A DNA stretch of 32,000 bases from Nitratidesulfovibrio vulgaris str. Hildenborough (GTDB lineage Bacteria; Desulfobacterota; Desulfovibrionia; Desulfovibrionales; Desulfovibrionaceae), in contig NC_002937.3 of NCBI RefSeq assembly GCF_000195755.1, forward strand, positions 1,590,001 to 1,622,000, in the 5' to 3' direction. Shown in pieces: positions 1-6,078 of the stretch (its first letter is position 1; each line of letters begins with the position of its first letter). Made by a program: the position numbers and the translations under genes. The notes beneath the pieces were generated by a model. It saw nothing but the letters and a program-made list of their open reading frames with translations, did not search any database and was not told the DNA's origin.

Positions 1-1
1 A

Positions 2-151
2 AAATCTCGAACTGACATAAATGAATGTTTCTGGAATGAGGCTAAGGTCGAGCTCTTGAAACCCACAGTACAACTCGGATTCAAAATGCATGAGTCCATT
101 GCAATCGAGATTCATACAAAAGATTTGGAGGTAGCAAGTCATGGCAAATAA
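2..151 (+). CDS. C-terminal end of an unidentified ORF running in from the left edge (partial)
   Basis: Frame 2 is open from nt 2 to TAA 149-151 (...NECFWNEAKVELLKPTVQLGFKMHESIAIEIHTKDLEVASHGK*). Its last 11 nt overlap the start of the next ORF (ATGGCAAATAA), an operon-type junction. It is AT-rich like its neighbour. No start codon or recognisable motif is in view. Confidence 0.3.
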   Translation, partial: KSRTDINECFWNEAKVELLKPTVQLGFKMHESIAIEIHTKDLEVASHGK

Positions 152-320
152 TAAGTGCACTGAGTGTGGTAGAGACCTAGTCGAAGGCGAAACTGAACTA
201 TGCCCAAACTGTAAGCGTACAAAACATTCTACATGGAAAATGATAGGTTCCGTAGCTGTATTTGTGATCGCAGTGGTGGTAGTTATTGCCACTGGTAAAA
301 AGCCTAACTTGGAGGCCTAA
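141..320 (+). CDS. 59-aa zinc-ribbon plus single transmembrane helix protein (unknown function)
   Basis: ATG 141 is preceded by GGAGGT (127-132, 8-nt spacing) and the ORF ends at TAA 318-320. The translation is MANNKCTECGRDLVEGETELCPNCKRTKHSTWKMIGSVAVFVIAVVVVIATGKKPNLEA, i.e. CxxC-x11-CxxC followed by one hydrophobic helix. It is just below the size cutoff of the supplied ORF track. Confidence 0.5.
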   Translation: MANNKCTECGRDLVEGETELCPNCKRTKHSTWKMIGSVAVFVIAVVVVIATGKKPNLEA

Positions 321-342
321 TTCCATTACTGTCGTGATCTTC

Positions 343-377
343 TCCCGGGCCATTTTCCTCGGGGCGGTTATTTTTTT
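343..377 (+). terminator. Possible weak rho-independent terminator after the 59-aa ORF
   Basis: A short imperfect stem (TCCCGGG / CTCGGGG, 7 pairs including 2 G-U, 8-nt loop) is followed after 4 nt by TTATTTTTTT (T7 run at 371-377). The stem is weak and the T-run is the main support. Confidence 0.35.
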
Positions 378-387
378 GCAGCGCTCA

Positions 388-435
388 TTGCATCGATGAA
401 ACGTTCTTCTTGACCTGACCTTTTCATCAATGCAA
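388..435. repeat. 14-bp inverted repeat (13/14) with 20-nt spacer at the AT-rich/GC-rich boundary
   Basis: TTGCATCGATGAAA (388-401) faces TTTCATCAATGCAA (422-435). The reverse complement of the right arm differs from the left arm at one base. Confidence 0.7.
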
Positions 436-438
436 AAT
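410..438 (+). promoter_or_regulatory. Sigma70-like promoter candidate embedded in the inverted repeat, pointing toward the 849-4130 cassette
   Basis: TTGACC (410-415), a 17-nt spacer, then CAAAAT (433-438). The -10 overlaps the right arm of the 388-435 inverted repeat. This is a pattern match only. Confidence 0.3.
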
Positions 439-848
439 ATCTTCACCACCACCGAGGAACACCCCGCGAGCGGCGCCCAACCGGGCAGAGCGGACGGAAG
501 GAGCGGAGGAGGGTGGTCCCGCCGGTCAGTAGCGAGGCTCGAACGACACGCGACGGCATGCAGGTAGCGTGGATCAGTAGGGAACCGGGACCGAAGGCCA
601 TGAAGGCGGGCGGCATCAATGAATATGGATCGTTGCCCTTGGGATAGAGCGAAGGCCACCCACGGGACGGCGATCCGGAGAGCAGCCGGAGGGAATATGC
701 CAACCATCATCACCAGAGTGAACGGCAGGCCTGTCAGGACGAAGCGGGCATGTATGCTGATCCTTCTGATCACGGCCGTTCAGATCTCGGACCTCAGGCT
801 CGAGGCACGCATGTGGCAACGGGCAAAAGGGTGGGAGGTAGAGTAGCC

Positions 849-1145
849 ATGAAGTGGTTCACCATCGCCTACACCCGTGAGGGAGCCGACCGGATCCATG
901 CCGAAACGGCAGAGCACGCGAACGAGAGCGACGCGTGGCGGTACGCTGCCGACATGGCGGACTCCGAGCCCGGATACGAGGTCGAGGTCATGCCGCACTA
1001 TTTCACCATCCCCTCGAATCAGGGCCACAGCTACAGACATGAAGCCCGTGATGCTCGGAGCCGTACCGCCTTGGTTGGGTTGCATCACAAGGCCATCGCT
1101 GCCCGCGAACGGTTGACGCTCGCACGGCCGACGGCTTCAACCTAA
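849..1145 (+). CDS. Hypothetical 98-aa protein, first gene of the island cassette
   Basis: ATG 849 lies 10 nt after GGGAGG (833-838). The translation starts MKWFTIAYTREGADRIHAETAEHANESDAWRYAADMADSEPGYEVEVMPHYF... and stops at TAA 1143-1145. It is co-directional with the next gene, 45 nt upstream of it. An alternative upstream ATG at 750 has no SD. I recognised no family. Confidence 0.55.
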   Translation: MKWFTIAYTREGADRIHAETAEHANESDAWRYAADMADSEPGYEVEVMPHYFTIPSNQGHSYRHEARDARSRTALVGLHHKAIAARERLTLARPTAST

Positions 1146-1190
1146 GGCGTAGAGCCGTTTTTCCCCGACATCCCTGTCTAGGAGGACAGC

Positions 1191-2219
1191 ATGGATCAGG
1201 CACAGAATCTTGCGCCCATCTCGACGCACGCCCCCGTTCCGACCGGCAGCTTCATGCCTGTTACGGAGATGGTGGCCCAAGTAGGGCACATACAGGCCGT
1301 GATGCGGGCGGTCATGAAATCAGACGAACACTACGGAACCATCCCCGGATGCGGCGATAAGCCCACGCTGCTCAAGCCCGGCGCGGAGAAGCTCGCCATG
1401 ACGTTCAGGCTCGCACCCGAGTACGACATCCTCGAGCGTGACCTTGGGGGCGGGCACCGTGAATACCGGGTGACGGCACGGCTCGTATCCATTCTCACCG
1501 GTGTCTTTGTCGGAGCCGGGGTGGGGCTCTGCTCCACGATGGAGGGAAAGTATCGCTTCCGTACCGGCGAGGGCGAGGTCACGTCCGTACCGGTGCCCAA
1601 GGCCTATTGGGATACCCGAAAGAGCGATGCCGCGGCTGCTGCGCGGATCTTGCGCACCACAGCCAACGCGGCAGGGCTCGAAGGTACCAAGTTCGGCACC
1701 AAGAAGGATGACTCCGGGCGCTGGATGATCAGCACCCATGGGGAGCGGGTCGAGCACGACAATCCCGCCGACTACTACAACACCGTGCTCAAGATGGCGA
1801 AGAAGCGTGCCCTTGTGGACGCGGTTCTCACCAGCACTGCCGCCAGCGACATCTTCACGCAGGACGTGGAGGACATGCCCGAGGTCATTCCCGGTGCCGC
1901 CGCCACTGTGCAGCCCGCACAGCAGAAGGCGCAGGCCGCACCAAAGAAGGCTCCGGTGCAGCCGCAAGCCAATCAGCCGCCTACTGCATCCAGCGCACAA
2001 CTGGCCATGCTTCGCAATGAAGGGACGCGTGCTCGGCTCGACGAGGCCAGCATTGTCGCTCTCGCGCGGCAGATGACCGGCGACGACAGCATCGAAAGTC
2101 TCGAACAGCTCACGAAGCCCGAAGCCTCCCAACTGATCGAGGGCATCAAGTCCGGTGCGCTGCTCCATGGCCAGCCGTCAGCCAATGACCAGATGGGCGA
2201 CATGCCCGCGGGGTTCTAG
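1191..2219 (+). CDS. Phage-type protein, candidate single-strand annealing / recombination protein (function uncertain)
   Basis: AGGAGG lies 5 nt upstream of ATG 1191. The ORF has 342 codons and its stop is 2 nt before the next ATG. It has no P-loop. The core YYNTVLKMAKKRALVDAVLTSTAASDIFTQDVED resembles the conserved helix of RecT/ERF-type annealases (E. coli RecT has EEMAKKTAIRRLFKYLP); this is recollection, not a search. A Pro/Gln/Ala-rich linker and a tail ending GDMPAGF follow. The downstream neighbour is DUF1351-like, a family that usually sits beside phage annealase genes. Confidence 0.8.
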   Translation: MDQAQNLAPISTHAPVPTGSFMPVTEMVAQVGHIQAVMRAVMKSDEHYGTIPGCGDKPTLLKPGAEKLAMTFRLAPEYDILERDLGGGHREYRVTARLVSILTGVFVGAGVGLCSTMEGKYRFRTGEGEVTSVPVPKAYWDTRKSDAAAAARILRTTANAAGLEGTKFGTKKDDSGRWMISTHGERVEHDNPADYYNTVLKMAKKRALVDAVLTSTAASDIFTQDVEDMPEVIPGAAATVQPAQQKAQAAPKKAPVQPQANQPPTASSAQLAMLRNEGTRARLDEASIVALARQMTGDDSIESLEQLTKPEASQLIEGIKSGALLHGQPSANDQMGDMPAGF

Positions 2220-2221
2220 CC

Positions 2222-3118
2222 ATGGCGGAGTTGCAGCTTCAATCCACCCCGGCGACGCTCGGTTTCAACTTCACCGAGCTCATGGAATGGGCCACGGGCA
2301 TCACGGCCGACTACGAAGGGCTTGTGGTCACCGAAGACATGGTGCCCGGCATCAAGTCGGAGATGGCGGGCCTGAACAAGATGAAGGCCCAACTCGACAG
2401 CGCACGCAAGCAGGCCGTGCGTCAGGTTTCCGAGCCCATTCGCCAGTTCGAGGCGCGTATCAAGGAAGTGTGCGCCGTGTTCGACGCAGCCTACGCCGCT
2501 CTTGCAACGCAAGTGAAGGGCTTTGAGGAGCGGCAGCGCGAAGAGAAACGCCGAGAGGTCTTGTTCCTCATCGCAGATACCGTTGATGAACACGGCGTGC
2601 CCGGTCTTGAGGTCGCAGTGCAGGACTCTTGGTTGAACAAGAGCAAGCCGCTCAAGGCCATCAAGGCCGAGGTCGAGTCCATCATCCTGCGCCACCTGCA
2701 GGAGGAGCGGGAGCGTGCCGCCCTCGAACAGGCCAAGCAGGACAGGGCGGTGGCCATCGAACAGATGGTGGCAGCGCAAGGACAGGCCTACGGCTTTGCG
2801 CTCCCGGTCTCAGACTTCCTGCGCCTGCACGACCTGCAAATACCTCTGACGGATGTGCATGCAGAGATCGAGAAGGTCTTCGCCGCGCGTGCGCAGTTCG
2901 CCAGACATGCCGCTTCCGCATCCCCTGTCCCCGCAGCTGCTGTGCAGGCAGCCAGACCTTCGGCCTCCAGTGTCGTGTCTGGCCGCCCACAGCGCAAGAC
3001 ACTGACGATCCAGATTGAATACGACGCCATGCGTGAACCTGCAGTCCAGCAGACGCTCCGACACCTCAAGGGCATGTGCGCGTCGTTCAACCTCATCCCC
3101 GGCCAGAGCGCCGCGTAA
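2222..3118 (+). CDS. DUF1351-like phage protein
   Basis: The ORF has 298 codons and is translationally coupled to the upstream gene. The N-terminus LGFNFTELMEWATGITADYEGLVVTEDMVPGIKSEMAGLNKMKAQLDSARKQAVRQVSEPIRQFEARIKEV fits my memory of the DUF1351 pattern (fnfeel...l..Y.glvvtee.i..aK.d.a.Lnk....d..Rk.v......pi..Fe...ke). The central part is coiled-coil rich and the C-terminus is Ala/Ser-rich. Confidence 0.8.
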   Translation: MAELQLQSTPATLGFNFTELMEWATGITADYEGLVVTEDMVPGIKSEMAGLNKMKAQLDSARKQAVRQVSEPIRQFEARIKEVCAVFDAAYAALATQVKGFEERQREEKRREVLFLIADTVDEHGVPGLEVAVQDSWLNKSKPLKAIKAEVESIILRHLQEERERAALEQAKQDRAVAIEQMVAAQGQAYGFALPVSDFLRLHDLQIPLTDVHAEIEKVFAARAQFARHAASASPVPAAAVQAARPSASSVVSGRPQRKTLTIQIEYDAMREPAVQQTLRHLKGMCASFNLIPGQSAA

Positions 3119-3137
3119 TCGACAGGAGAAGTTCACC

Positions 3138-4130
3138 ATGGCTCGTAAGAAGAAGATCGAGGCCGCTCCGATGCCTGCCCCTGATGGGACTACCTACATC
3201 ACCGTCACCGGCGAGATCCTGCAGGAGACGGACGCCGCCATCCTCATCTCCTGCGAAGGAGAGGAGTACTGGTTGCCGATCAGCCAGATCGAATACATCG
3301 GGGGCAAGGGGGATGGCGACGTTGCCATTTCCGTCCCGGAATGGCTGGCGGATGAAAAGGGGCTTTACCATGGCATGGGCGAGACGCCCGAAACCTCTGG
3401 CCCCGTGCCGTCGAGTGTGGAGAAGGATTGCACCACGTGCGGCCATGTGGCTGTCGAGTTGGCCATGCGCCGGGACGATGAACATGGATTCGTCGTGAAA
3501 TGCCCGAAGTGCGGCGAGGAGCAGCCCTACGAGCTCAATCCTCAAGGCAACCTCTCGGCATGCCCGGTATGCGGCGAGGATATGCCGGAGACGCCGGAGG
3601 AATGCTTCGAGTGCTCGCGCAATGTCCTGCTCGAAGCCGAAGAGGGCGATGACACCCGCCCTGACAACTGGCAGCCGCGTGGACGGATCTTTGGTCTCAA
3701 CGTGACCTGGAGCGCAGAGGAGGCCATCACCGTGACGCAGCCTCTTACGGAGGCTGAGAAGCTCGAATATGGGCAGGAGATGGCCGATGCCTTGGCGCAG
3801 ATCGAGATCTACGAGGATGAACTCGATGCACAGCGCAAGCACTACAAGCGGCTGATCGAGGCCGAGGAGAAGCGGGCGAAGGATGCCTCCCGGCTCTATC
3901 TGGAGGGCAAGGAGGAGCGCGAAATCACCTGCGACGTGCTCAAGGACTGGAACACCATGGAGATGGTGTGGACTGAGGCAGCCCCGCCCCATGCTGAGGT
4001 CTACCGGCGTCCCATGACGGAGAAGGAGAAGCAGCTTTCCCTTCTCGATACGCCCACCAAGCCCGTGAAGCCCATTCAAGCCGGAATCGAGGCACATGAT
4101 GGTGAGCCTGATGTGGGGGCGATCCAGTGA
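3138..4130 (+). CDS. Hypothetical 330-aa protein: N-terminal beta-rich domain, four CxxC pairs (two zinc ribbons), C-terminal coiled coil
   Basis: AGGAGA (3124-3129) lies 8 nt before ATG 3138; the longer track ORF from 3015 overlaps the previous gene. The N-terminus is ETDAAILISCEGEEYWLPISQIEY...VPEWLADEKGLY. The cysteine pairs are CTTC, CPKC, CPVC and CFEC (aa 98-159, nt 3429-3614). A charged coiled coil follows (EIYEDELDAQRKHYKRLIEAEEKRAKDASRLYLEGKEE). The family is not recognised. Confidence 0.8.
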   Translation: MARKKKIEAAPMPAPDGTTYITVTGEILQETDAAILISCEGEEYWLPISQIEYIGGKGDGDVAISVPEWLADEKGLYHGMGETPETSGPVPSSVEKDCTTCGHVAVELAMRRDDEHGFVVKCPKCGEEQPYELNPQGNLSACPVCGEDMPETPEECFECSRNVLLEAEEGDDTRPDNWQPRGRIFGLNVTWSAEEAITVTQPLTEAEKLEYGQEMADALAQIEIYEDELDAQRKHYKRLIEAEEKRAKDASRLYLEGKEEREITCDVLKDWNTMEMVWTEAAPPHAEVYRRPMTEKEKQLSLLDTPTKPVKPIQAGIEAHDGEPDVGAIQ

Positions 4131-4310
4131 GCCAGACACAAGAGGGGGCGGCCCCACGCCGGAAACAGAAGAACTTCGCCGCTATCAACGGTGCTTGCAA
4201 AATGGCCCGTCTGACCGACGGAAGCAGTGCGAAGGCTTGCCCCCATTGCAAGACGGTTTCGAGGCTTCGCATTTGCCCATTCTGCCATCGTAAAAAGTGA
4301 CCCTCCTGCA

Positions 4311-4371
4311 CCTGCGGCGACCGACGCGCATACCTTCCTGCGCGGATTCGTCCCACCACGGTCGCCGCAGG
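4311..4371. repeat. 13-bp perfect inverted repeat enclosing a second 6-bp hairpin (nested stem-loop) in the noncoding gap upstream of alpA
   Basis: CCTGCGGCGACCG (4311-4323) faces CGGTCGCCGCAGG (4359-4371), an exact reverse complement. Inside it, CGCGCA (4325-4330) pairs with TGCGCG (4339-4344). Confidence 0.75.
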
Positions 4372-4461
4372 CAATCCGCTCACAGTGGCCACCTGTGGAC
4401 GGAAGGGAGTCCCAAGCACTAAGGAGCCACGCCCCCGGCCTTGTAGGGGGCAGGAGAAGCC

Positions 4462-4770
4462 ATGCGCAACGACCTACCCGAAGCAACAGGCGGCTACGGT
4501 GATCCCGTGGCCATGAGACAATGCCCCGGCATGAGCAGTGGAACAGAGAGCAGGGTGGTAATGGATAGGCTGCTGAGGCTCAACGCCGTCCTGGAACTGG
4601 TGCCCGTCGCAAGCTCGACGTGGCGTGAATGGTCGCGGTCGGGCAAAGCCCCGGCAAAGGTGAAGCGGGGCCGGAGCACCTTCTGGCGTGAAAGCGAAGT
4701 ACTGGCGTTCATCTCGGGGGCATGGAATCCCTCAGAGAATCAAGATAGTCCGCGTATGCCTGCATCATAG
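4462..4770 (+). CDS. alpA: AlpA-family helix-turn-helix regulator / excisionase-like protein
   Basis: The core LLRLNAVLELVPVASSTWREWSRSGKAPAKVKRGRSTFWRESEVLAFI matches the AlpA/prophage CP4-57 regulator pattern (l.l.ev..l.g.s.st.y..i..G.fP.pvk.G.rs..W...ev..wi). ATG 4462 has AGGAGA 4 nt upstream. An internal ATG at 4561 (69 aa, the typical AlpA size) is an alternative start with a weaker SD. The 3' end overlaps the integrase 3' end. Confidence 0.8.
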   Translation: MRNDLPEATGGYGDPVAMRQCPGMSSGTESRVVMDRLLRLNAVLELVPVASSTWREWSRSGKAPAKVKRGRSTFWRESEVLAFISGAWNPSENQDSPRMPAS

Positions 4771-5902
4771 CGGTACGCTCCTCAAGATACTCTGTCCGAT
4801 GGTATGCGGCCCGGATTTTGTTCCCTTCGATGTGGGCAAGCTGCCTCTCGATCACGTCGGGATTGTAGCCCAAGCCGTTGAGAAGGGAGGAGGCCATGGC
4901 CCTAAAACCATGGGCGGTCATCGTGCCCTGCCCGTAACCGAGAGAGCGCAACGCAACCAGAAGGGTGTTCTCTGACAGTCCGCGATCGCTACGGAGGCGG
5001 ACAGACTGAAACACCATGGGACTATTCAGCCGAGGTGCTGTCGCGCGCACATCGCGCAGAACGGCGAGAGCCTGTGTCGATAGCGGCACAATGTGCTCTC
5101 GCCGCTTCTTCATTTTGTGGGCGGGGATTGTCCAGATGCGGCGCTCCATGTCGAACTCGTTCCATTCTGCAGCCCTGAGCTCGCCGGGACGAACGAAGGT
5201 CAGTGCGAGGAAGCGAAGGGCGCAGCGCACAACCATTGCCCCCGAATACCCGTCTATCGCTCGCATCAGGGCGCCTACATCCTTCGGGTCTACGATGGCT
5301 GCATAGTGACCGGGCTGGCGCGTTTTCAATGCCCCCCGAAGGTCGCGGCAAGGGTCGCTCTGGATGCGGGCCGAAGCCACCGCATACCTGAAGACCTGTG
5401 AGCAGATGGACAGGGTTTTCCTTGCCGCTTCTACAGCCCCACGCTTCTCGACGATGCGAAGGGCATTCAGCACATCCAGAGGGCCGATCTGATCGATGGG
5501 GAGCGGGCCGATGTGGGGGAAGATGTAGGCCTCAAGGCGCTGGCATGTGGTGGAGAGGTGCCGGGGTGCCCAGGCAGGAGAGCGGAGATCCATCCATTCC
5601 CGTGCCACCATCTCGAAAGAGTCCGCCGTGGGGGCAACTTTTTGGGGGCAACGTTGCGCTGCGGGGTCGATGCCCTCAGCGATGAGGCGGCGCAGTTCGT
5701 CTCGCTTCTCTCGCGCTTCTTTCAGCCCGACATTGGGATACACGCCAAGACTCAGGCGCTTCTCTTTGCCGTTGACGCGGTATTTGAGCCTCCACCGCTT
5801 GTTACCCGATGGGGGCACCTCAAGATACATCCCTCCGCCGTCGTAGAGGCGGTATACCTTCTCGGCTGGTTTGGCCGCGCGGGCCTTGATGTCCGTGAGC
5901 AT
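4709..5902 (-). CDS. int: P4-type (DUF4102-containing) tyrosine integrase
   Basis: The protein is 397 aa. The N-terminus LTDIKARAAKPAEKVYRLYDGGGMYLEVPPSGNKRWRLKYRVNGKEKRLSLGVYP is the classic P4-like integrase arm-binding domain. The catalytic set is intact: R in TFVRPGELR, HGFRAMASS (HxxR), LAH, and Y in RAAYHR. It lies adjacent to a tRNA gene. Confidence 0.95.
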   Translation of the reverse strand: MLTDIKARAAKPAEKVYRLYDGGGMYLEVPPSGNKRWRLKYRVNGKEKRLSLGVYPNVGLKEAREKRDELRRLIAEGIDPAAQRCPQKVAPTADSFEMVAREWMDLRSPAWAPRHLSTTCQRLEAYIFPHIGPLPIDQIGPLDVLNALRIVEKRGAVEAARKTLSICSQVFRYAVASARIQSDPCRDLRGALKTRQPGHYAAIVDPKDVGALMRAIDGYSGAMVVRCALRFLALTFVRPGELRAAEWNEFDMERRIWTIPAHKMKKRREHIVPLSTQALAVLRDVRATAPRLNSPMVFQSVRLRSDRGLSENTLLVALRSLGYGQGTMTAHGFRAMASSLLNGLGYNPDVIERQLAHIEGNKIRAAYHRTEYLEERTAMMQAYADYLDSLRDSMPPR

Positions 5903-5956
5903 TTGGGGGCAACTCCGTGAAGGGGTTTTCCAGTTGCCCCCAAAGTTGCCCCCAAA
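5627..5956. repeat. Cluster of five copies of the 12-mer TTTGGGGGCAAC around the integrase start
   Basis: On the + strand the copies are 5627-5638 (CGTGGGGGCAAC, 10/12), 5641-5652 (exact) and 5902-5913 (exact, abutting the int ATG). Inverted copies lie at 5933-5944 and 5945-5956 (both exact, perfectly tandem). A perfect TTGACA (minus strand, 5967-5972) lies 10 nt upstream of the tandem pair. Confidence 0.75.
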
Positions 5957-6009
5957 ACCACGCGGCTGTCAACGAAGCAAGACGGCATGGGACGGCAGAT
6001 TTCGGCAGA

Positions 6010-6060
6010 CGAAAAATAGAAAAAGAAAGAGCCCGCAAGCACTTAGGTGTACTTGCGGGC
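6010..6060 (-). terminator. Rho-independent terminator downstream of tRNA-Ser
   Basis: On the minus strand, GCCCGCAAGTAC-acctaa-GTGCTTGCGGGC (9 bp, one mismatch, then 2 bp) is followed by TCTTTCTTTTTCTATTTTT. It begins 18 nt after the tRNA CCA end. Confidence 0.75.
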
Positions 6061-6078
6061 ATGTCTTGTCAGTGAGTA

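Larger units (their letters stand above)
1..6078. mobile_element. tRNA-Ser-associated integrative island (prophage- or satellite-like), integrase end; the other end lies outside the window
   Basis: An intact P4-type tyrosine integrase (4709-5902) starts about 180 nt from the 3' end of tRNA-Ser (6079-6173). An AlpA-like gene sits beside it, a phage-type cassette lies at 849-4130, and a compositionally foreign ~40% GC segment lies at 1-440. I found no second copy of the tRNA 3' end by eye in the window, so the distal att site is presumably further left. Confidence 0.6.

Noticed and set aside
198-773. 191-aa minus-strand ORF spanning the GC-rich/AT-rich junction.
   Set aside because: Its 3' half runs antisense through a better-supported SD-led ORF (141-320), the T-run and the inverted repeat. 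No SD or family motif is present. I kept it only as a possible disrupted-gene hypothesis in the findings.
750-1145. Longer 131-aa version of the first cassette gene starting at ATG 750.
   Set aside because: No SD precedes 750 and the extra N-terminal 33 aa are Gly/Arg-rich. ATG 849 is preceded by GGGAGG. I kept 849 as the start, with 750 noted as an alternative.
4345-4362. GGATTCGTCCCACCACGG resembles the tRNA-Ser segment GGATTCGAACCCACGTACGG (6094-6113), a possible relic att repeat that would delimit a 1.7-kb int-alpA islet.
   Set aside because: The similarity covers the T-loop and variable-arm side of the tRNA but not the acceptor 3' end that a displaced att copy should contain. It needs two indels, shows no extension on either side, and I found it by searching for a 6-mer. 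It is probably chance.
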